A stretch of DNA of 64,000 nt from an uncultured Verrucomicrobiae bacterium (lineage in GTDB: Bacteria > Chlamydiota > Chlamydiia > Chlamydiales > Rhabdochlamydiaceae), in contig OY970364.1 in NCBI GenBank assembly GCA_963718565.1, forward strand, positions 1,344,001-1,408,000, given 5' to 3'. The notes beneath the pieces are model-generated. The model saw nothing but the letters and a program-made list of their open reading frames with translations. It did not search any database and was not told where the DNA came from. A program made the translations under genes and the position numbers. Below are positions 56,646-64,000 of the stretch, piece by piece. Within the stretch, counting starts at the first letter, position 1; each line of letters starts with the position of its first letter.

Positions 56646-57152
56646 CTATTTAGCCTCTTTCTTTTTTTCCCTTAAAATGGCCCGGCTTAAATGTTCTTGA
56701 AGGTCCGTAAGCGCAAGTGAAATGCCATGGTTAAAGTGGTTTTTAGCCATCGTTTGAGTAATATCATTCATAACCAGCCGCAGTCTTTCATTTCTATCAG
56801 ATCGCGTGGACGTAAGCGCTTCTTCCGCATCACTGTAAATCTCATTGTAGATGAACAATTTTTCTTGCGTTTTAGAAATACTTTTTAAGTGAGTTGACGC
56901 TTCGGTAAGTCTCAGTGAAATCTGCACACATTCATCGATGTTGAACAAAACAGTTTTCGAATAAAATGCTTGGACTTTTTCCTGCAGGTCCAGAAATTGT
57001 TGCCGTTCTGTTACAGCTACTTGATGAACTGCAGGCAATTGCTGTGCAATCGGCATATTCGAAATTTGTTGATTAATTTGAGCTAACTTTTGCTGCAATT
57101 GCGTCACTTCTAACAAGAGCTGGCTACTAGTAATTTGAGACATCATGGCCAT
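56646..57152 (-). CDS. Hypothetical helical protein, short paralog of the adjacent gene
   Basis: QLLLEVTQLQQKLA...VQISLRLTEASTHLKSISKTQEKLFIY aligns with the neighbour's N-terminus. GGAGA RBS before the ATG at 57152. Confidence 0.78.
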   Translation of the reverse strand: MAMMSQITSSQLLLEVTQLQQKLAQINQQISNMPIAQQLPAVHQVAVTERQQFLDLQEKVQAFYSKTVLFNIDECVQISLRLTEASTHLKSISKTQEKLFIYNEIYSDAEEALTSTRSDRNERLRLVMNDITQTMAKNHFNHGISLALTDLQEHLSRAILREKKKEAK

Positions 57153-57183
57153 GGAAATTCTCCAGGGTGTTGTCTTCACGCTT

Positions 57184-58461
57184 TTAGATTCCCCAAGCTG
57201 ATTTCAAGCTGTTTTGGATTTCAACAATCGATTGAAGTTTGGTCTTTTTTTCTGGCCCATTAGTAAAAATTACAAAAGCATTTCTTCCGAAATCTCCATG
57301 AAATCGAGAATCATCAGGATTTATTAGAGCTGGGTTACTTTTTCTGGATTCAGTATGTAATCGATACAGGTTTCCAAAAAGAGCATGGGCGATATTCCTT
57401 TCATTTGGCAAGTTGACTTCTTCAAGAACCTTCAAAAATGCAGAGGTCGCGTGGGCATCCTCGGAATTAACCGCACCTTCTAGTCCAGACAGGGCTTTAA
57501 GGAGTACACTTGCTCCAACAACATCGGGTGTTTCTCCTTTGAGAAGAATTAGGGCGTCTTGTAATTCTTTTATAGATGTCTGTAAAGTCACCATCCTGTT
57601 TTCTTCTGGCTTAACCGGAATTGGAGTGACTTGCTGAGAGCCCGGGCTTGTTGCTGATAGGATCGCTTTGAAGTCTGCCATCATTTGTTTGGATAGAGCT
57701 TCATCTGTGCGGGTTAGTAAAATGTGGAGATTACTGAACGTATTGAAAACGGTATTGTACATGTGAAGAAACTGTGTATCTTCTTTTAAAGAAGGATTTG
57801 CATTAGAAGCAATTCTCAGCTTTTTGAAGAGATATAAAAGCCGCCCTTGGATGTCTTCAGAAGAGCCTTTTTGTTGCATCCGTACATCGTATTCTTTCCT
57901 AAGCAAACCCAGATCAGAATTTTGTGAAGTTGAAAAATTTTGAGGGGTAATAGGAGTTTTATGCTCTTCCTTTTTTCCCTCTAAAGTAGCCCGGATTAAT
58001 TCTTTTTGAAGGTCTATAAACGCAAATGCAATATCACGATTAAAGGTGTTTTTGGTCGTTGTTTGAGTGATATAGCTCACGACTGACTGCAATTTTTCAT
58101 TTCTATCAGGTTGTGTGGACTTTAGCGCCTCTTGGGCTCTACTATAAACTTCTCTGTAGATCAACAATTTTTCTTGTGTCGCTGAGATGTTTTTCAAATG
58201 GGTTGACGCTCCAGCAAGTTGCTGTGAAATTTTGACAGAATCAGTGATATCGAACAGATCCGTTTTTGAAAAGAACGTCTCTACTTTTCTATGCAGTTCC
58301 TGAAATTGTTTCTTATCTTCAGCCACTTTATCAATTGCAGACAATTGCTGTTTGATCGGCAACTTCGAAATATCTTCATCAGTTTTAGCTAATCGTTGCT
58401 GCAGTTGTGTAACTTCTAATAAGAGTTGTTTGCTAATCACTGAAAAAGTAAGTGCGGCCAT
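57184..58461 (-). CDS. Hypothetical helical protein (425 aa)
   Basis: Long ORF with AGGAG RBS and coiled-coil character. Confidence 0.82.
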   Translation of the reverse strand: MAALTFSVISKQLLLEVTQLQQRLAKTDEDISKLPIKQQLSAIDKVAEDKKQFQELHRKVETFFSKTDLFDITDSVKISQQLAGASTHLKNISATQEKLLIYREVYSRAQEALKSTQPDRNEKLQSVVSYITQTTTKNTFNRDIAFAFIDLQKELIRATLEGKKEEHKTPITPQNFSTSQNSDLGLLRKEYDVRMQQKGSSEDIQGRLLYLFKKLRIASNANPSLKEDTQFLHMYNTVFNTFSNLHILLTRTDEALSKQMMADFKAILSATSPGSQQVTPIPVKPEENRMVTLQTSIKELQDALILLKGETPDVVGASVLLKALSGLEGAVNSEDAHATSAFLKVLEEVNLPNERNIAHALFGNLYRLHTESRKSNPALINPDDSRFHGDFGRNAFVIFTNGPEKKTKLQSIVEIQNSLKSAWGI

Positions 58462-58561
58462 AAAAAATTCTCCTGTCTATAATTGTGCATGTTGTTTCAG
58501 TACAGAGGAACTAGATTAATCTTCTTAAGGGAAATTTTTCTAGCATTTAATCACCTGGACT

Positions 58562-58735
58562 TATACCGAAATGAACTCAAGATTTGGTTTTTGGCTACGT
58601 CGGGCAGCCACTGTATTTGAGCCCACCTGCATCGCACAACTTATTCAAGTTGTGCTGCTTCGGCGTCGCATACGCTGGCTCAAATTCAGGGCGCCTCCTT
58701 GCCAAATTCCCAAATCTTGAGTTCATTTCGGTATA
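58562..58735. repeat. Palindromic element family E (perfect 26-bp terminal IRs, TATA ends)
   Basis: tataccgaaatgaactcaagatttgg / ccaaatcttgagttcatttcggtata. Internal hairpin gcacaactt-attc-aagttgtgc. Confidence 0.9.
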
Positions 58736-58808
58736 GGCCAAGATTTGAACTGATTTCGCGAGCGTCAGCGAGTGAAATTAGTCCAAAGTCCAGAATCACC
58801 AAGCTTTT

Positions 58809-59018
58809 ATGCGATTTTTATTGTTGAAATTGATCCAGTTGTATCAGCTTTGTATTAGTCCTTTTCTGGGACAATGCTGTCGATTTTATCCTACGTGTTC
58901 AGATTATGCGATAGAAGCTGTTCACAAGCATGGCTGCTTAAAAGGGATTTGGCTCGCTGTGAAACGCGTCGTCAAATGTCATCCTTGGCACAAAGGCGGG
59001 GTGGATCATGTTCCTTGA
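58809..59018 (+). CDS. yidD: Membrane protein insertion efficiency factor
   Basis: YQLCISP...[19 protein letters not shown]...R..KCHPW..GG.D.VP. Confidence 0.95.
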   Translation: MRFLLLKLIQLYQLCISPFLGQCCRFYPTCSDYAIEAVHKHGCLKGIWLAVKRVVKCHPWHKGGVDHVP

Positions 59019-59025
59019 AGCGGAC

Positions 59026-59197
59026 TATACGGCGCGCGGTTAGGTTTGGCGAATTTTGACTCTGCGAGACGAAGCAAAAGCGAAGCGAAGCGGCCGAACG
59101 AGCGAGACCATTGCTGAATAGCAAGGCAAGCGAGAAGGATCGATTTGGCAAAGTCGCAGCCTGTCAAAATTCACCAAACCTAATCGCGCGCCGTATA
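59026..59197. repeat. Palindromic element family F (35-bp terminal IRs, TATA ends)
   Basis: tatacggcgcgcggttaggtttggcgaattttgac / gtcaaaattcaccaaacctaatcgcgcgccgtata. Overlaps the LysM gene 3' end. Confidence 0.9.
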
Positions 59198-60454
59198 TCT
59201 CTTTTCAGTTTTTTCCGGAATTTCGAGCTGTTTGCCTGGGCGCAGTTTCTCTGTGTCCATCTGATTTAAGCGCATGATGTCTTCGATACCGACGTGGTAT
59301 TTGCGCGCAATTTTCCAGAGGCTGTCGCCAGGTTCGACAATGTGTAACTTCCTTTTGGGCTTTACAGGTAATGGTGCAGAGATTGGGGCTTTTGTCGGAG
59401 TGATCGCAGTAGGAGGTAGCTGTTCGATAGGCTTGGGAGCCAGTCGAGGAAGAAAACGTTGGAGTGCACGCTCGTGACTGTAGGGTTCGGGAAAGGGCTC
59501 GCCGGCAAGGGAAAAAAGGATGAAAGCGGCGTGTTTCCTCATGGTGTCGGTGCGAGGAGATGCGAGCAGCTCTTTAGCAATACTTTCCAAATGAGAATTT
59601 TTATCAGGATACACATCGAGAAGGGTCAAAATTTGGGCATCATCGAGGCGTTTGGAGATAAAATCGAGATCAGAATCGAGAAGGATTTTAGCGGCAAGCC
59701 TAGAATGGTGATTGAGATATTCGAGAAGAAGAAGGCGTCTGCGATCGGGAGACAAATCTAAAGAGATGCGCTGCTGCTCCGTGAATGCAGAAAGGGTTTT
59801 CCATTCGCCATCGCAAATGAGATCGATGATCTGCTCGCGGGTAATATTGATCCCAGTTTTGATGAGAAGCGTGTAAGCGGCATGATATTCCTGGGAAAGA
59901 TAAAACGCATCGAGAAGCATCGGATCTCTGGGGCTGGGCGAGCGTTTTAATTCATAGAAAAGACCTTGGCTGGTCAGAGGCCATTTTTCTGTTTTCGCAT
60001 AGTGGAGGATCGCCTGAAACTGATAATCGGCAAGGCCTGGAAAAACAGGGACGTCGATGGTTTCTTGTCCTTCACTGTTGGTGAAAGGGATCGTTCTTTT
60101 TTGAAGAATTAGGCCGCCAAGGGCTTTGTCAAGGTTGAAATGGTGAAAGGCGACAAGACAAGCCAGCGCTAAATCGCGTCTGGTCAAACCCTCTTCGATC
60201 AGATCTTTATTCTCGAGGCGGAGCAGAAGCTCTTGATAAGGAAGGAGAAAATAGGAACGCAAGAGTTGTGAATTCGTCGCAGGGGCTGAAAATTCTTTTG
60301 GGGCGGGTTTGAGCTCGATCGCCAAGGTCTCTTGTTTTTCTTTCAGGACAAAATAAGCAAAAGTCGCGACAAGGCCGATATTCAATGTGCCGCTAATAAT
60401 AAGAGCCTGCGTCAGCCATTTGGTGCGGCGTGCCCAAGAATTATCGTGAAGCAT
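59180..60454 (-). CDS. Membrane-anchored LysM-domain protein
   Basis: N-terminal TM and C-terminal LysM HIVEPGDSLWKIARKYHVGIEDIMRLN...LRPGKQLEIP. Confidence 0.9.
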   Translation of the reverse strand: MLHDNSWARRTKWLTQALIISGTLNIGLVATFAYFVLKEKQETLAIELKPAPKEFSAPATNSQLLRSYFLLPYQELLLRLENKDLIEEGLTRRDLALACLVAFHHFNLDKALGGLILQKRTIPFTNSEGQETIDVPVFPGLADYQFQAILHYAKTEKWPLTSQGLFYELKRSPSPRDPMLLDAFYLSQEYHAAYTLLIKTGINITREQIIDLICDGEWKTLSAFTEQQRISLDLSPDRRRLLLLEYLNHHSRLAAKILLDSDLDFISKRLDDAQILTLLDVYPDKNSHLESIAKELLASPRTDTMRKHAAFILFSLAGEPFPEPYSHERALQRFLPRLAPKPIEQLPPTAITPTKAPISAPLPVKPKRKLHIVEPGDSLWKIARKYHVGIEDIMRLNQMDTEKLRPGKQLEIPEKTEKRYTARD

Positions 60455-60494
60455 GAGTCATCCTGATATTCGAAAAAGAGGGAATTTAGTATAG

Positions 60495-60665
60495 TAGCCT
60501 GAGTTTTGGGTTCATTTTATAGTAGATTGTCGTAGGTTTCGAGGCAATTTTTGCAAGTTTTGGCGCGTTCAATAGTCTGGAGGCACCTATGGGCGCGCCA
60601 AAATTTGCAAAAAGTGCCCGAAAGATACGGCAAGGTACTATGAAAGGAATCCAAAACTCAGGTTA
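60495..60665. repeat. Palindromic element family A (full-length, about 70-bp imperfect arms)
   Basis: tagcctgagttttgggttc...ttttggcgcg / cgcgccaaaa...ggaatccaaaactcaggtta. Partial copies at 919-980, 13000-13013 and 13225-13251. Confidence 0.88.
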
Positions 60666-60701
60666 ACAACAAACTTGCATGTTAAATTTTTCCACACTTT
60701 T

Positions 60702-63098
60702 ATGAAAGCCCCGTTATCTTGGTTAAAAGAATATTTGAATTTCACGCAGTCCCCAGAAGAACTTGCCGATGTATTGACGTTGGCAGGAATCGAGGTGGAG
60801 GGCATGGAGTCTTTAGCGCTGAAATTTTCTGGAGTTGTCGTCGGTGAGGTTTTAGAGACGCACAAGCACCCTTCTGCTGATCGGCTTTGTGTCGCAAAAG
60901 TCAGCGATGGTCAAGAAGAATTTTCAGTTGTCTGCGGAGCTCCGAACTGTCGCGCAGGGATGAAGACAGCTTTTGCGAAGGTCGGCGCCACACTTACCGA
61001 TGAAGAAGGCAAAGCGTTCAAGATTAAGAAAAGCAAATTGCGCGATGTTGAATCGTACGGAATGCTCTGCTCAGGAAAAGAACTCGGGCTGGGAGACAGC
61101 CACGAGGAAATTGTGGAGCTTCCCGATGCGTTCGAGGTGGGTAAGGACTTAGCTTCTTATTATTCGGATCTGATTTTCGACGTGGCGCTAACGCCAAATC
61201 TCGGTCATTGCATGAGCATTTACGGCTTAAGCCGCGAACTCTCCGCTCAACTCAATATCCACTTGAAAAAACCTTCCTTTGATTGCAGCGAAAACGAGGA
61301 ACCCATTGAAAAACGCGTTCAAGTCTTGCTCATCGATAAAAAGCAATGTCCTCGTTATTCTTGCCGTGTCGTCAAAGGCGTTACAGTCGGCCCTTCTCCT
61401 GACTGGCTACAGAAAAAAATCGAAGCTTGCGGCATTCGGAGTATCAATAACATCGTCGACATCGGCAATCTCGTCATGCTCGAATTCGGCCAACCCTTGC
61501 ATATGTTCGATGCGGACAAAATCGATGGAAAAAAAATCATCATCACCGCGCAAACAGATTATCAAGAACTGGAAACTTTGGACGATGTGAAGCGGCCGAT
61601 CCCTCCAGAGGCTCTGCTGATCTGCGATGAGGCCAAGCCTCTGGCTTTTGCTGGAGTGATGGGTGGAAAGAGTTCTGCCGTCTCTCATCAAACCATCAAT
61701 GTCGTGATCGAAGCCGCGTATTTTACGCCTCAAGCAATCCGCAAGAGCGCCCGTCTGGTCGGGCTCAAAAGCGACTCTTCGCAAAGATTTGAAAAAGGGA
61801 TTGATCCCAATGCGATCATCGATGCCCTGAATTACGCCGCTTTTTTACTGCAAAAAGTGGCGGGTGGAAAAATTTGCAAGGGCCTTATCGATCAAAAGGC
61901 CCATGAGTTTGTCGAAAAAAAAATCGCTTGCCGCATTCAGCGTGTCAATGCATTGCTAGGAACTCATCTCAGTGCAGGAGAAATTGCGGGACTTTTACGC
62001 CGTCTAGAAATGAAAGTCTTGCAAGAGACAAACCACGAACTACTCGTCGCTGTTCCGACCTATCGCAATGATATTACAATCGAGGTCGATTTAATCGAAG
62101 AAGTCGCGCGCGTCTACGGGTACAACAATATCCCGAAGCCAATTCCCCTTCTCACGGCTTCTACGATTCCTAACGCTCCCCTTTATCTCATGGAAAAAGA
62201 AATCCGGATGCGGCTCATTGAGGAAGGCCTGCAGGAATTGATGACATGCGACTTGATTAGTCCGGCGCAAGCGGCGATGACACTAGAGCACTCGATGAGC
62301 AAAGAGGCACTGATTTCGGTCCTCCTTTCGCATTCGGTCGATCAGTCCGTTTTAAGAGCTTCATTATTTCCCGGTCTTTTACAGACCGTCAAATACAATA
62401 TCGACCATGGGATGACAAATATTGCAGGATTTGAGGTCGGTAGAATTCATTTTAAAGAAAAAGATCACTATGTTGAGCCGACAGTTGTCGGAATCATTCT
62501 TAGCGGTAAGCAAGCCCCTTATCATTGGGACCCTAAACCTGGAGATTTTGATGTTTACGACCTGAAAGGAGTCATCGAAAATCTTCTCGTGTCACTAAAA
62601 ATTGAAGATGTGGAATTTGAACCTTCCCATCTCCAAAATTTCCATCCTGGAAGACAGGCTAAAATTAAAAAAGGGCAAGCTATCCTTGGCGTGATGGGAG
62701 AGGTTCATCCTGAACATGTCGCAAAACTCGATATCCTTCAGCGGATTTTCTTTGCTGAAATCAATCTTCACGAGTTAATGCCCCTCATTCCAAAACAGTG
62801 GAAAGTGGCAGATCTGGCTCAATTTCCAGGTTCAGAACGCGATTGGACAGCCACCTTGAAAGAAGAGCAGCCTATCGCTGAAATTTTACGCGCCTTGCGC
62901 TCAGTCCCCTCGCACCTATTGGAGAAAGTAATACTTTTAGATCTTTACAAAAGCGAGCAAATCGGCAAAGATAAGAAAAATGTAACTTTTCGCTTCTTCT
63001 ATCGCGATTTGGAAAAAACGGTTGCCTATGAGGCAGTAGAGCAGGAACACGCTCGCATTATTGCGGCAGTAACGGAACAATTGAGGTCTCCCTTATGA
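60702..63098 (+). CDS. pheT: Phenylalanyl-tRNA synthetase beta subunit
   Basis: MKAPLSWLKEY, VVCGAPN, SYGMLCS, GQPLHMFD, RFEKGID, DLIEEVARVYGY, C-terminal FDX-ACB domain. Confidence 0.97.
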   Translation: MKAPLSWLKEYLNFTQSPEELADVLTLAGIEVEGMESLALKFSGVVVGEVLETHKHPSADRLCVAKVSDGQEEFSVVCGAPNCRAGMKTAFAKVGATLTDEEGKAFKIKKSKLRDVESYGMLCSGKELGLGDSHEEIVELPDAFEVGKDLASYYSDLIFDVALTPNLGHCMSIYGLSRELSAQLNIHLKKPSFDCSENEEPIEKRVQVLLIDKKQCPRYSCRVVKGVTVGPSPDWLQKKIEACGIRSINNIVDIGNLVMLEFGQPLHMFDADKIDGKKIIITAQTDYQELETLDDVKRPIPPEALLICDEAKPLAFAGVMGGKSSAVSHQTINVVIEAAYFTPQAIRKSARLVGLKSDSSQRFEKGIDPNAIIDALNYAAFLLQKVAGGKICKGLIDQKAHEFVEKKIACRIQRVNALLGTHLSAGEIAGLLRRLEMKVLQETNHELLVAVPTYRNDITIEVDLIEEVARVYGYNNIPKPIPLLTASTIPNAPLYLMEKEIRMRLIEEGLQELMTCDLISPAQAAMTLEHSMSKEALISVLLSHSVDQSVLRASLFPGLLQTVKYNIDHGMTNIAGFEVGRIHFKEKDHYVEPTVVGIILSGKQAPYHWDPKPGDFDVYDLKGVIENLLVSLKIEDVEFEPSHLQNFHPGRQAKIKKGQAILGVMGEVHPEHVAKLDILQRIFFAEINLHELMPLIPKQWKVADLAQFPGSERDWTATLKEEQPIAEILRALRSVPSHLLEKVILLDLYKSEQIGKDKKNVTFRFFYRDLEKTVAYEAVEQEHARIIAAVTEQLRSPL

Positions 63099-64000
63099 AC
63101 ATTAAGCTGAACAACAAGCTTTTCGCACTCTTCGGTCTTTTAAGCCTTCTCTCTTTGTGCGGATGTAAGAATGATGAGCAAGATGACAATGTCATCTCTG
63201 AGCGCTACATCCACAAATACGGCTACGCCGTTTCCAAACAAGATTGGGAAGAGAAAAATTATCCGGGCCAGGTCATCACCGATTTGAGCGATGGAGTGAC
63301 GCTCACCACAACTTATGAAAATGGCCTTAAGCACGGACCCACAACGTATACATTCCCCCACAGCCAAGCCGTCGAACATTATTGCTTGTACAATCAGGGA
63401 ACTCTCGTCAAAGAAATCAAATATGATCCCGCTGCGACTCCCATTAAAGAATGGGTACAGCTCTCCCCAACGCGTTATTCCATTACCACCTGGTATTCTC
63501 AAGGATCGCCCATGGCCGTTGAGGAATTTGTCGGCCAAGAGCTTCTCGATGGCCAGTATTTCACTTTAGCCAATGATTTGGAATCTCGTGTGGAAAAGGG
63601 AATTGGGCAAGCGACCCGTCGTGACCGCAATGGCCAACTCTTAGCAAATGAGCTCTTTGAGCAAGGCTATGCGATTAAAAAAGAGACATTTTACCCCAAT
63701 GGCGCTCCTGAATCGATCGCCTATTATTATCGCAATAGCCTGCATGGTGAAAAACGCACTTTTGCTCAAAGTGGTGAACCTCTAGCCATCGAAGAATGGG
63801 TCAACGGCCAACTCCATGGAAAATCCACCTACTTTAAAAATGGAAACCGTTATCTCGAAATTGCTTATCTTTACGGGCAAAAAAATGGAATCGAGCGTCA
63901 TTTTATCGATGGGGATATGATCTCTCAAGAAATCACTTGGGAAAATGATTTGAAACATGGCCCTTCTGTCTTCTACGCCGATGGAAAACCGGAATACCAC
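63095..64000 (+). CDS. MORN-variant repeat (YwqK-like) lipoprotein, runs off the window
   Basis: Not in the ORF track. MNIKLNNKLFALFGLLSLLSLCGCK..., with repeats YENGLKHGP, WVNGQLHGK, WENDLKHGP. ATG overlaps the pheT stop. Confidence 0.85.
   Translation, partial: MNIKLNNKLFALFGLLSLLSLCGCKNDEQDDNVISERYIHKYGYAVSKQDWEEKNYPGQVITDLSDGVTLTTTYENGLKHGPTTYTFPHSQAVEHYCLYNQGTLVKEIKYDPAATPIKEWVQLSPTRYSITTWYSQGSPMAVEEFVGQELLDGQYFTLANDLESRVEKGIGQATRRDRNGQLLANELFEQGYAIKKETFYPNGAPESIAYYYRNSLHGEKRTFAQSGEPLAIEEWVNGQLHGKSTYFKNGNRYLEIAYLYGQKNGIERHFIDGDMISQEITWENDLKHGPSVFYADGKPEYH

Noticed and set aside
6533..60665. Repeats considered as a CRISPR array
   Set aside because: They are dispersed inverted repeats, with no regularly spaced direct repeats, no spacers and no cas genes.
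63140..64000. ORF-track entries 63140-63538, 63315-63569 and 63782-64000
   Set aside because: They overlap the real plus-strand MORN/YwqK gene from 63095, which the track missed because it has no stop in the window.

Overview
This window looks like part of an environmental Chlamydiae (Chlamydiota) chromosome. That is inferred from gene content and order (recO ... yidD-LysM-pheT-MORN/YwqK lipoprotein, second gyrB/gyrA pair, Pmp-like autotransporters). The backbone carries proS, a lipoate ligase, clpC, glgB, mnmA, an EmrAB-TolC efflux operon, recO, parC/parE, an RMD1-family gene, two oppA genes, yidD, a LysM gene and pheT. Accessory blocks: (i) a scrambled tRNA-Arg(TCG) locus with a duplicated tRNA, a split F-box/WD40 gene, IS256 and a serine-recombinase remnant; (ii) an IS607 element inserted at a GG in the last codons of parC, whose TnpB has the rearranged, Fanzor-like RuvC site; (iii) two giant glycine-rich autotransporters; (iv) an island beside tRNA-Leu with an AbiE toxin-antitoxin pair, a four-lobed retropepsin-like protease, secreted glycine-rich microproteins and an IS66-like remnant; (v) a minimal hybrid NRPS(A-T)/AT-less PKS(KS-ACP-TE) cluster with a methyltransferase and an MFS transporter. 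At least six families of long palindromic (MITE/RPE-like) elements are scattered through the intergenic DNA. clpC and parE are broken by several frameshifts, probably sequencing errors. All calls are from motif recognition by eye; no searches were run.
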